A stretch of DNA of 64,000 bases from IMG/VR virus record IMGVR_UViG_3300011008_000007. One strand, 5' to 3'. Source of the stretch: a virus (Duplodnaviria > Heunggongvirae > Uroviricota > Caudoviricetes). This document shows, one piece after another, positions 41,144 through 50,058 of this stretch; positions within the stretch are counted from its first letter, which is position 1, and each line of letters begins with the position of its first letter. The translations under genes and the position numbers were made by a program. A model generated the notes under the pieces. It did no database searches. It saw nothing but the letters and a program-made list of their open reading frames with translations, and had not been told where the DNA came from.

Positions 41144-42787
41144 TTATTTGTCGCTTGGACTCGGCATACTATTTCCGTTATTGGCACGAGATTTGACTGT
41201 ATTCTCGCTTGGGTCATCTGTTTCTGGTCGTCCCGCTTTTTTATCATTTTTTGAAATAGTAAAAGAAGTCTGATGGACTGGATATTTATTCTCAATATCT
41301 AATTCCAGTTCGTAATCCAAAAGTGCCACAAAAATATCTGGTGAGATACCACAAGCACTTGCCCATAAAAGCAAAGAACCCCGACCTTGCAGGTAGAGGT
41401 CTTTCGCATAACCAACCATTTTATCTCTATTAACAAATGTCGTATTGAGATATTTAAGCTCAATTGTAACATCTCTATCCTTGATAATATTGTTGGCAAT
41501 AACTTTATTTAATTCATTCTCAATTGGTTCAAGCCATTGGAATAACTGAGCTGTAATTAACTCTAAATTCTGTTCTTGCGCGGCATAACTTCCACTACCA
41601 ACACCATTTAATAGCGCTGCGGCAAAGCCAATATCAAGCGCAATTTTATCTCCTAAATTTGATTCATATTTTTCATCAAAAATATCTGTGTTACTTGCAT
41701 TAAGAGAATTTATTTTTGTACCTGCCGCAACTGAGAATACAGATGTACCGCCGCGATTGTTTTTGCTCAAAATAGCATTCTTAACTAAATCGTGCTGTTT
41801 TTGCTGTTGTGTCTTATTTAAAGCAGAAGTGCCCTTATCTTTTCCTTCGGGAAATGTTTGGTAAATTATTCTGTTATTTATCTCGTCAAGAACGTTGCGT
41901 TTTGTTTGAGTAAAATAATCTCCATAAAGAATATCGCAAATCGCCGCCAAAACGAGAGGTCTTCCATATCGTTCCTCTTGCTTTGAACGTATCTTATGTA
42001 CGATAGTTTTATTGCTATCTAAAATTAACCAATTACCATTTTTAGAGTTCTTCTTTTTCCACTTCACATATCCATCTCTAATTTCTTTTGGATATTTTCT
42101 TAATTTGCTTTCGGTCTTTTCGTTATCTCCAACATCAAAATATTCAAGATTGAAAGCAATAACATATACATTATTTTTGCGTCCGATTATTTTCGTGTAA
42201 TTGGTCGGTAAAGAAATAATATCTGCATTTACGCCATATTCGTTAATCTCAGAGATAGAATCTACCTCATAATCGGTTAGAAATGCTGCGGGCATTTTGG
42301 GGCGCTTTGTAGTTTCAAAATAATAAAAAGCGATGCCCTCAATCATACCCTTGAATAAAGCATCTCTTACAAATTCTTTATGTTTAATTTTCTTTAAAAT
42401 ATCTTCTGCTATTTGTTTTTTCTCAGCTATTTTCTTTCGTGCTTTTTCTGTATGTTTCCTACTATATCCAACAATTACCTTATCGAGCGTCGGCATTGAT
42501 TGCATATAATCTACCGCATTTGTAAAGGCGCCGTTGGTTCCATATAGAATTAACGAAAGTTCTCTAAGAGTTTCGTTATTTTGCATTGGTTTCCGCACCA
42601 AATCTTCAAGCTGTTGTGGAGTCCAATAATCAAATATATTTAGTCCGCCAAAATAACTTTCTGAATAAATTACTGAGTTTTGATAAGAATTAAATTCATA
42701 ATCTTTATTTGGCTTCTCGTTATTTGTTTCACTCACCTTTGGCTTAGGAGAATGATAGGAACGATTTTTATTCTTTTTATATGCCAT
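41144..42787 (-). CDS. Portal protein
   Basis: 547 aa directly after the large terminase. Confidence 0.8.
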   Translation of the reverse strand: MAYKKNKNRSYHSPKPKVSETNNEKPNKDYEFNSYQNSVIYSESYFGGLNIFDYWTPQQLEDLVRKPMQNNETLRELSLILYGTNGAFTNAVDYMQSMPTLDKVIVGYSRKHTEKARKKIAEKKQIAEDILKKIKHKEFVRDALFKGMIEGIAFYYFETTKRPKMPAAFLTDYEVDSISEINEYGVNADIISLPTNYTKIIGRKNNVYVIAFNLEYFDVGDNEKTESKLRKYPKEIRDGYVKWKKKNSKNGNWLILDSNKTIVHKIRSKQEERYGRPLVLAAICDILYGDYFTQTKRNVLDEINNRIIYQTFPEGKDKGTSALNKTQQQKQHDLVKNAILSKNNRGGTSVFSVAAGTKINSLNASNTDIFDEKYESNLGDKIALDIGFAAALLNGVGSGSYAAQEQNLELITAQLFQWLEPIENELNKVIANNIIKDRDVTIELKYLNTTFVNRDKMVGYAKDLYLQGRGSLLLWASACGISPDIFVALLDYELELDIENKYPVHQTSFTISKNDKKAGRPETDDPSENTVKSRANNGNSMPSPSDK

Positions 42788-42804
42788 TTTTCATCCTCCT
42801 GTCA

Positions 42805-44712
42805 TTAATTTATAAAGGTTTCAAATTCGTATTCTTCGCTCTGCGAAATTAAATCTTGTTCAAGTTGTGAAGCAAAGAATGAACCGTAGCTCACACTCGT
42901 ATAACGGTCTTTGCGATTATTGCCTTGTTCGTGAATAATGATTGCGCCGGTTTGTTCTTTTTTTTCATAAATTAAACTTGTTGTTTCGCTAATTAGAGCT
43001 TGTGTTTCCAAAAATGGAGATTCATAGAAAATTTGTTCATATGCATCTGGACTTGAAATATATTCCTTAATATTTGGTAATATTTCTTCTTTAGCTTGTT
43101 CAAAATTGATTAATAAATCAATTCTTTCCTCGCTTAGTACGCGCCTAAAATCTTTTGCAATATCACTATTGAGATTTTGGCTTGCATTAATACAATAAAT
43201 GCACGGGTTTGCTCCCTCGGATTTAATTCTATTTGCTATTTTATCGTCATTACTACAAGACAAGGGAGAATATTCGACGCCACGTTCTTCATCATACATA
43301 ACTCTTGCAAGACAGTCATACACCGAAATTCCTGCATTTCTGGTATCAAGTACAATATAGTCGGCTTTAAAATCTTCAAACAATTGTCTAATTCTAATTG
43401 CTTGCTTTACGGTTTCTCCGCCTTGAACAGATTCTATATATGGAATAATCCGTCTATAACCATTCTCGTAAGAAATGTTTTTGTCTCCATCGTGTGTAAA
43501 AGTTATTTTTTCAGGAAGCAATCTCATACAAGAGAAAATAGAGTTATCATTTTTCTCGTCGGTAACAAAAGCCATATCACAACTTACAACCCTAATTTCT
43601 CCTTTTTGTTTAGGAATATCATATGGGTTCTTTTTGCCCATTTTAAAATCAAGCGCATTGCGTGGATAAAATGGTTGTTTTGAACGTTGGTTTTTCTGTA
43701 ACATTGTATATGTAAAAAATGCAGATTGATTTTCTTTTAATCTTGCATTCAAAAACTCTAATTGCCAAGTAATAGGGTCTTGTTTTCTTTTTTCTTTGAC
43801 CAACTGTGTCATCAGTTTGATTTCGTGTTTGAGAACCACAGATTCATCAAACGATAAAACGCAGGCTGGTTCGTTCTTTTCCATTTGATTAAAGGCATTA
43901 TCAACAATCTCCCACATCCAATGTCCATTATCAAGCCAACTCGAACTAATATAAATATCTACAGGTTCTTCTTTTAATCCTTTAATGTTTTTATAATATG
44001 GTTTGTTCATATATGGAGCATGGCGAACTATCTGACAAGGAGATAAAACACTATCGTCTATGTGCTTGTCGATTTGTCTAAACTCTTCTCGCACAATGCA
44101 ATTTGAACGATTTCCGCGCGCATTATCATTGGCAACTACAACTGTTATCTTGCTACCATTTTTGAACTTAACAACTGTTTTCCTTTGGTTTTCTTCAATC
44201 TTAGCAATTTCTCTCGCTAACATTGGCGACCATTCCATAAGTTCTGTTTTTATCTTTTCCGAAACAATTAATTCTGACTGCCCTTTCGTCGCACTTGACA
44301 AAAGTATTTTTGTTCCAGGATATAAAATACACCTTATACAAGCGTATAAGGCAATTAAAAAAGATTTGGCTGTGGCACGAGCCGCCACAATCACAATCAT
44401 ATTGTTTACACCTAATTCATACAAAGCTAATGCTTGGTATTCGTGTAAATCTAATTTTAAATAATCTATTGCAAATCTATGTAAATTTCTGCGAAAAAAA
44501 GTGTTCCACTCTAAAAAGTGGTCACAATTTTGGGGATTACCCAAAAAATGACTCGTAGGAAATTGTTTATACAATTCTTTTTGTATATCATCTGCCGCAG
44601 GATTGAACTTGTAATTACTCGCCATCGCTATCATCCTCGTCTTCTTCGTGGACGTAATACTCTGTATCACGGGTTTGCGTTCCAAACTTAGTATTAAACA
44701 ATGGTCTTGCAC
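42805..44712 (-). CDS. Terminase large subunit
   Basis: Walker A-like AARATAKS, Walker B IVREEF, nuclease VVSCDMA and RKDRYTSVSYG. Real start probably near 44625-44634. Confidence 0.9.
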   Translation of the reverse strand: MQDHCLILSLERKPVIQSITSTKKTRMIAMASNYKFNPAADDIQKELYKQFPTSHFLGNPQNCDHFLEWNTFFRRNLHRFAIDYLKLDLHEYQALALYELGVNNMIVIVAARATAKSFLIALYACIRCILYPGTKILLSSATKGQSELIVSEKIKTELMEWSPMLAREIAKIEENQRKTVVKFKNGSKITVVVANDNARGNRSNCIVREEFRQIDKHIDDSVLSPCQIVRHAPYMNKPYYKNIKGLKEEPVDIYISSSWLDNGHWMWEIVDNAFNQMEKNEPACVLSFDESVVLKHEIKLMTQLVKEKRKQDPITWQLEFLNARLKENQSAFFTYTMLQKNQRSKQPFYPRNALDFKMGKKNPYDIPKQKGEIRVVSCDMAFVTDEKNDNSIFSCMRLLPEKITFTHDGDKNISYENGYRRIIPYIESVQGGETVKQAIRIRQLFEDFKADYIVLDTRNAGISVYDCLARVMYDEERGVEYSPLSCSNDDKIANRIKSEGANPCIYCINASQNLNSDIAKDFRRVLSEERIDLLINFEQAKEEILPNIKEYISSPDAYEQIFYESPFLETQALISETTSLIYEKKEQTGAIIIHEQGNNRKDRYTSVSYGSFFASQLEQDLISQSEEYEFETFIN

Positions 44713-45559
44713 AATGACGTTGATAATAGTCGTCTAAGCCATCCATATCTTTATAAAGCTGTTGGTCTCTATAATACTCTTCTACTGTATATTGACTAAC
44801 ATCTTTAACTAATTGACCCCAACAAGAATCTGCGTCATTGGAAACATCTTGTTCTGTTTTTAATCCTGCTTTTTCAAAAGTTTTTCTGTATGTTTCTGAG
44901 AGCTTTTTGAAATCATCAACATTACCAGATTTTAGAGCTCTTGCTTTTAACATATATATCTGACATAGCTCAATAATAAATATCTCTTGGTTGCTATCAC
45001 AATTGGGGTTGGCGCTTTTTAAATATTTGTAGTGCGAATTAAGATTTTCATAATCTTCTGGTTCAAAACCGTCGCCCCATTTATTAATATCTCTTGAACT
45101 GATTTCTTTTTTGTCTTCTTGTTTTGGTTCTTCCTTACGCACCGGCAGAGTGATAAACTCAGTTTGGCTGATTTCTTTCCTTTTGTTGTGAAAGAAGAAA
45201 TCTCCCTCTAAGGTTGAGTCAAACGTTTTACCTTTATATTGAACCAGATTTATACGCTTAATATAATTTCCAACTATTACCGAAATGTCATCGTCGGCGC
45301 AAGTGTCAAAAATACTATCGTCATAATATAAGTCAAAAGCCATACACATTCTTTTTATAGCTTTTTTGCTATTGTTATATTTTTTAAAATATCTATAGAA
45401 TATATCTCCAAGACATTCTTTACAAACAGGCAAATATCCCGATGTTCCATACAAAATACTGTTTGTTTTATAAAATTGTGTCGTTGAAGCATATTCTTTT
45501 TTACAGCGACAACATATAATTTTTTCTGCCGCCTTTTTTGTAACAGGCATATATGCCAC
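44615..45559 (-). CDS. Zn-finger protein, probable terminase small subunit
   Basis: CCRC...CKEC; overlaps the start of the large terminase gene. Confidence 0.5.
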   Translation of the reverse strand: MAYMPVTKKAAEKIICCRCKKEYASTTQFYKTNSILYGTSGYLPVCKECLGDIFYRYFKKYNNSKKAIKRMCMAFDLYYDDSIFDTCADDDISVIVGNYIKRINLVQYKGKTFDSTLEGDFFFHNKRKEISQTEFITLPVRKEEPKQEDKKEISSRDINKWGDGFEPEDYENLNSHYKYLKSANPNCDSNQEIFIIELCQIYMLKARALKSGNVDDFKKLSETYRKTFEKAGLKTEQDVSNDADSCWGQLVKDVSQYTVEEYYRDQQLYKDMDGLDDYYQRHCARPLFNTKFGTQTRDTEYYVHEEDEDDSDGE

Positions 45560-45692
45560 CCACTTTCTATCAACTAATTTGTTATAATATCAACTAAAAG
45601 CAGAGGTCGCTTATTTAAGCGACCTCGTTTCTCCGCCTATCTAATAGTGATAGGTGAGATATAAGTCGTCTCTGACACAGGCGCTTACCTAA

Positions 45693-45769
45693 TGGAGCTG
45701 GTGGACGGATTTGAACCCGCGACCTCCGACTTATGAGGACGGCGAGCTGACCATCTGCTCTATCCCGCA
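45693..45769 (-). pseudogene. Chimeric / degenerate tRNA, anticodon CAT
   Basis: Met-like D arm and anticodon arm, but the acceptor stem pairs only 2/7 and the T stem 3/5; ends in CCA. Confidence 0.7.
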
Positions 45770-45775
45770 ATATAT

Positions 45776-45803
45776 AAAAACCCCTCTCGTTTATCGAGAG
45801 GGG
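45776..45803 (-). terminator. Intrinsic terminator
   Basis: CCCCTCTCG/CGAGAGGGG stem followed by TTTTT on the minus strand. Confidence 0.7.
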
Positions 45804-45809
45804 ATAGTC

Positions 45810-46334
45810 TTATAAATCTATGACAAAGCCAATTAAATCTCCGTCGTCATTTTTTCTCGCTCTACATCCGCTGAAAATAAACTGAAATAACTCTGGAATC
45901 TCATCTAATACATCCGATATATAATCATCGTCTATATCTTCGTCATAATAATATATGCTATCTCTAACATAAATCTCTACACATTTTTTCTCTGGAATAT
46001 CTTTTATAATTTTTGAAGAAGCATCTCCACTAATCAATGTAATATCAGCGTCGGCTGATAAATAATCGCCATCACGAAATGCCGGCTCAACACAAGCTAC
46101 CATATCGTCTGCTAACGATACATAATATTCTTTGTCATAGCCGCCATACCATTCTGGTTCAATATTAATTGATTCAAAATCAACTTCTTCATTTTTTAAT
46201 AATTCACTCATTAGCTCTTTGGCATCATAATATAAAAGCACAGCCACGATATAATTACCGTGCTGCGCCTCTGATACCATAGTGTTAGCCAATGATTTAT
46301 ATGTTTCAAAAACTTTACGTTTCATTGTCTTCAC
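45810..46334 (-). CDS. Acidic hypothetical protein
   Basis: 174-aa ORF in operon. Confidence 0.55.
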   Translation of the reverse strand: MKTMKRKVFETYKSLANTMVSEAQHGNYIVAVLLYYDAKELMSELLKNEEVDFESINIEPEWYGGYDKEYYVSLADDMVACVEPAFRDGDYLSADADITLISGDASSKIIKDIPEKKCVEIYVRDSIYYYDEDIDDDYISDVLDEIPELFQFIFSGCRARKNDDGDLIGFVIDL

Positions 46335-46609
46335 TTCCCATTTACAGCGTTCTTAATAGAATCGCTGACCTTGCAATTTATTCTTTTCATTGCCGCAAAA
46401 GTTGTAATTTCTCCTGTTTTTGGATGCCGAGCTTTTCTCTCAGGAATATCTTTAACAGTAAAACTCACAAACCCTTTAATTGTTACTTTCCCATCTTTAA
46501 TAAGTCCTTCTTTAACGGTTTCTACAAAACTATCAATAACTTGTTCGCAACAATTTTGAGAAAAGCCCGTCTGTGCGGCAATTTTTCTAATTGTATCTAT
46601 CTTTCTCAT
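46331..46609 (-). CDS. HU-like DNA-binding protein
   Basis: V.IKGFVSF.V....ERKARHPKTGE HU/IHF signature. Confidence 0.9.
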   Translation of the reverse strand: MRKIDTIRKIAAQTGFSQNCCEQVIDSFVETVKEGLIKDGKVTIKGFVSFTVKDIPERKARHPKTGEITTFAAMKRINCKVSDSIKNAVNGK

Positions 46610-46613
46610 TCGC

Positions 46614-47597
46614 TCACCATTTATCTATTACTTTCACATATGATTTATCTCTTAATAAATTTCCATCTTCATCTTGGCAAATAATGGCGAATCCCGATTT
46701 TTGTGGTGCGAGCAATCGTCCGTCAGCATATACCATTTTTGTAACGTCGGCAAAGGCGCCTTGTTCCAATAGTCTGATAAAACCTTTTGTCGAATCTCCA
46801 ACTTTGTGGGTATGCGCCATTACAACGCAATCAAAAGGTTCTTTTTGGGTGTCTTGTAAATAGTCTTTTGCTTTGTCGGCGGTTGCAAGCATTCCTTGCC
46901 TATAAGCCAAAGGATGAACGAAAAACGTTTTTCCAATGCGGCACTTCCAATCATCAACATATTCGATTTCAATATCTTCAAATACTTTACATAAAGGTTC
47001 ATATTTGATTTTAGATTCGCTTCGTTTATCATAGTGGTTGAAACCGTCTACAAAAATCAGCTCCAATGAAGTGTCCGGCAATAGTTCTAAAATATCTGTA
47101 TCTATATTTTTTGCAAAGTAGTTTGCAAATCTTTTATCGTGGTTGCCGTAATTGCAAACAACCTTAGATGGATTCAAATACTTAATTAAATCAATTAAAT
47201 ACTGCCTTCCTATAATAATTTCTTCCATAGGAGAAATTCTATATTGTTTGCTAAACTTAGATAATGCCTGGCAATCCACAATGTCGCCATTTATCTGTAA
47301 GATGTCAATCTTGTTTCTGTAATCTTTTAATAAACTATAATCAAGCTGAAAAGGTATGTGTAAATCTGATATGGAAAGAATAGTAGTTGCAACACCACTT
47401 GTTTCTTCATTATCTATAATCTCTATCAACCTCTTCATACCATACATTCGTTTTCTTACCTCAGATTCATTGAAGCAATTTCCTTCTCCAAAAAGTCTTT
47501 CGCTTAAATCCTCGTAAGGAGTATTATCCGTTTTGGAAATTAATTTATTATAAACCAATTCCTTAACTTCTTTATATGTAATATCTATTTTTCTCAC
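46614..47597 (-). CDS. Calcineurin-like metallophosphoesterase
   Basis: SDLH, GDIVD, GNHD, AHTH motifs. Confidence 0.85.
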   Translation of the reverse strand: MRKIDITYKEVKELVYNKLISKTDNTPYEDLSERLFGEGNCFNESEVRKRMYGMKRLIEIIDNEETSGVATTILSISDLHIPFQLDYSLLKDYRNKIDILQINGDIVDCQALSKFSKQYRISPMEEIIIGRQYLIDLIKYLNPSKVVCNYGNHDKRFANYFAKNIDTDILELLPDTSLELIFVDGFNHYDKRSESKIKYEPLCKVFEDIEIEYVDDWKCRIGKTFFVHPLAYRQGMLATADKAKDYLQDTQKEPFDCVVMAHTHKVGDSTKGFIRLLEQGAFADVTKMVYADGRLLAPQKSGFAIICQDEDGNLLRDKSYVKVIDKW

Positions 47598-47602
47598 TCA
47601 CT

Positions 47603-48220
47603 CTATAATATTTCGTCTATTTCGCAATCTTCTCCAATTATATAATCTACTACGCCAAGTTCTTTTCCTTCCTTGGGTAGAAAATACCATTCTACTCTAT
47701 ATTTATTTTGATATAATTCTTCACTAATATTTGTTCTGCCCAATATAAGCTCTTTAGCCATATCTCGCAATTGGGTGGTTTCAAATGATATTCTATCCTG
47801 CAATTTTGCCATAGAATCACAACCAAAAGAAGAACCATCGTGCATTAAAAATTCGCTATGGGGCATAGCAAACCTTTTATCCCCCGAAAGGAATATATCG
47901 AATGCCATTGACGCACATTGCGCTAAATTTATTGTATAAACAGGCGTTTGACTTGTTAATATAGCGTCAATTATTCCATAGCCATCGACTATGGTTCCGC
48001 CAGGCGAATTAATGAATACTTTAATTGGTTGTCTTTCTTCAATTGGAATGTCTTTATCTAAACGATTATATCTCATAATGTGATATACGACCGTAGATAT
48101 AAAATGTTCGTCTATTTGTGCATTAATAAATAAATTGCGGTTTTCTATATCTTCAATTTGAAAACTATCTTCAAAACAATAATTGAAAGTTGCGTCAGTT
48201 GGATTTGCTACATAACTCAT
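47603..48220 (-). CDS. clpP: ClpP-family serine protease
   Basis: INSPGG, CASMA (catalytic Ser), FLMHD (catalytic His). Confidence 0.85.
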   Translation of the reverse strand: MSYVANPTDATFNYCFEDSFQIEDIENRNLFINAQIDEHFISTVVYHIMRYNRLDKDIPIEERQPIKVFINSPGGTIVDGYGIIDAILTSQTPVYTINLAQCASMAFDIFLSGDKRFAMPHSEFLMHDGSSFGCDSMAKLQDRISFETTQLRDMAKELILGRTNISEELYQNKYRVEWYFLPKEGKELGVVDYIIGEDCEIDEIL

Positions 48221-48247
48221 TCTTTCTTCCTCGCTAAATTCTGACCT

Positions 48248-48424
48248 TTATAATTTTTGCGCGATGGCTACATACTTATCTTCAATGTATCTTTTATTCT
48301 TAGTTCTGTAAAATCCAACCTCGTAGCCTCTTTTATCTCTAAATCCACCATACTGATTGATGATGTATTCGTTCTTTATAAGTTTCTCCATTTCCTTTTT
48401 GCTAATCTGTTTTATATTAAACAC
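48248..48424 (-). CDS. Small hypothetical protein (58 aa, GTG start)
   Basis: Manual ORF with RBS AAAGGA. Confidence 0.45.
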   Translation of the reverse strand: MFNIKQISKKEMEKLIKNEYIINQYGGFRDKRGYEVGFYRTKNKRYIEDKYVAIAQKL

Positions 48425-48576
48425 GTCCTTTTAAAATTTGCCATAGGTATATTAAGTCCCCTATGTGGACTTGCAGTTTTTTGTCTTAAAGACATAGCCG
48501 CAAACAGGGTCACTACAAACCATCCAAGAGCCTCGGTATTCACTCACACGGCGAAGGAAAATACTTCATCGACTAA

Positions 48577-48653
48577 TGGTGCCGCCTCGTGGAATCGAAC
48601 CACGTCAAGCCAAGGGCTTCAACCTTGCGCTCTACCTATTGAGCTAAAGCGGC
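48577..48653 (-). tRNA. tRNA-Phe (GAA)
   Basis: Full cloverleaf; CAAGG-TTGAAGC-CCTTG; encoded CCA. Confidence 0.9.
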
Positions 48654-48756
48654 ATATTGACAGCCATTCTCCTGCTGCCGCGAAGCTCCCTTAGTACGCA
48701 TACCGTAGGGGTGGGTTTTCATCTTCTATGTCCCGCAGGTACATACCCATTACCGC

Positions 48757-48832
48757 TGGCTCCCACAGGTGGGCTCGAACCACCGACAACCCGATTAACA
48801 GTCGGGTGCTCTACCAACTGAGCTATACGGGA
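48757..48832 (-). tRNA. tRNA-Asn (GTT)
   Basis: Full cloverleaf; CCCGA-CTGTTAA-TCGGG; encoded CCA. Confidence 0.95.
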
Positions 48833-48841
48833 ATATCTAAA

Positions 48842-48918
48842 TGGCGACTACGGTGGGAATTGAACCCACGACCTCCGCCGTGACAGGGCGGCGTTCTAAC
48901 CATCTGAACTACGCAGCC
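48842..48918 (-). tRNA. tRNA-Asp (GTC)
   Basis: Full cloverleaf; CCGCC-CTGTCAC-GGCGG; encoded CCA. Confidence 0.95.
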
Positions 48919-49116
48919 TTGTATTAAGGATTCTCTGACGCAGCTATTGCCGCGCCAGAGTCACAAAGAAAAGAGAAAGAGAGAGATAATGAAAGAAATG
49001 AGAACAGGGAATTTTATTATATTCCCTTCATATAACATATTTTACTCTTTTAGAACATTCGTTTTATCCTCTCTATAATAGGGGGAAATTAAGGCATATT
49101 TTTTTTTCTCTCAAAA

Positions 49117-50058
49117 TTAAACTGTGGACATATCATTATTTTGACGTTGTTTTTGTTTATTTTCCTTGTAGTATTTACGCCTATATTCCTCATAACAACC
49201 ACTACATCTTGTGGTTCTTTTGTTATTTCCGCTAACTGCAAACTCTTTTCCGCAATCAACACAAGTTATTAATTTTGTTTCTTTTTTTGTGTAGTGGTCG
49301 CAATCTTTACAATATTTTCTGTTCTTGTATTTATTGTTGCGAATCAAAACTCCGCACTCGGCGCATCTAATCAGCTTGACACCGCAATAAAGCATATATT
49401 CATATCCAAGTTCTCTAAAATCTGAAACTTTCAATACGGGTTCGCTCTTATTATCTGCAAAAGTAACCCGAACATTGAGGTTATCTATTCTTTTTGCTTT
49501 TTCTAAGAAACCAAGCCGACGTAGCATTCCGAGATACTTGAACCTTTCATCTACCGCACAATTGATTCTCGCCAACTTGTATATTTCTCTTGCTTCTTGG
49601 TTTACCCAACTGTTATTCTTTGCATTGCGCTCATTATTGAGCTTGGCAATACACAAAAGAGTAAATGCAAGTCGTTCCAAAATCTTATTATTCAAACTGT
49701 TTATCTTATTTATCTCATTTTGTGTAATCCATATTCCGTCAATTTCGTGTAGTGCGGTTTTGCCGGCATTTTTCGCAATTTTTTCAATGCTTTCATCCCA
49801 AGCAGCTTTATTTCCCTCATATCTTGGATAGTATTGAGAAATGAACTCAGTAAGTAATTCTGCTATCTTCTTTTTGCGATAACCAAAATACTGATAGTAA
49901 TAGCGTGCCAAAATTGTTAAAGTATAATACGGATTGTCATTAAGGGTTCGTTGTTGCAGACATTCTTCTGCATATTCTTTTTCATTAAGTATAATCATCA
50001 CTATCACCAATCGCTTTCTTGCACATCTTGAAGTTTTCGCCGCAATATTCAAAATCAC
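49117..50058 (-). CDS. Zn-finger protein coupled to the RNA polymerase gene
   Basis: Overlaps the RNAP 3' end; four C-terminal CxxC pairs. Real start probably near 49998 (MIILNEKEY). Confidence 0.65.
   Translation of the reverse strand: MILNIAAKTSRCARKRLVIVMIILNEKEYAEECLQQRTLNDNPYYTLTILARYYYQYFGYRKKKIAELLTEFISQYYPRYEGNKAAWDESIEKIAKNAGKTALHEIDGIWITQNEINKINSLNNKILERLAFTLLCIAKLNNERNAKNNSWVNQEAREIYKLARINCAVDERFKYLGMLRRLGFLEKAKRIDNLNVRVTFADNKSEPVLKVSDFRELGYEYMLYCGVKLIRCAECGVLIRNNKYKNRKYCKDCDHYTKKETKLITCVDCGKEFAVSGNNKRTTRCSGCYEEYRRKYYKENKQKQRQNNDMSTV

Noticed and set aside
48257-48694. 145-aa plus-strand ORF
   Set aside because: Antisense to tRNA-Phe and a small gene; spurious
45630-48760. HDV-like (theta) ribozymes after tRNA 3' ends
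   Set aside because: Checked the sequence after each CCA by eye and could not build the nested double pseudoknot; a covariance search would be needed to exclude it fully
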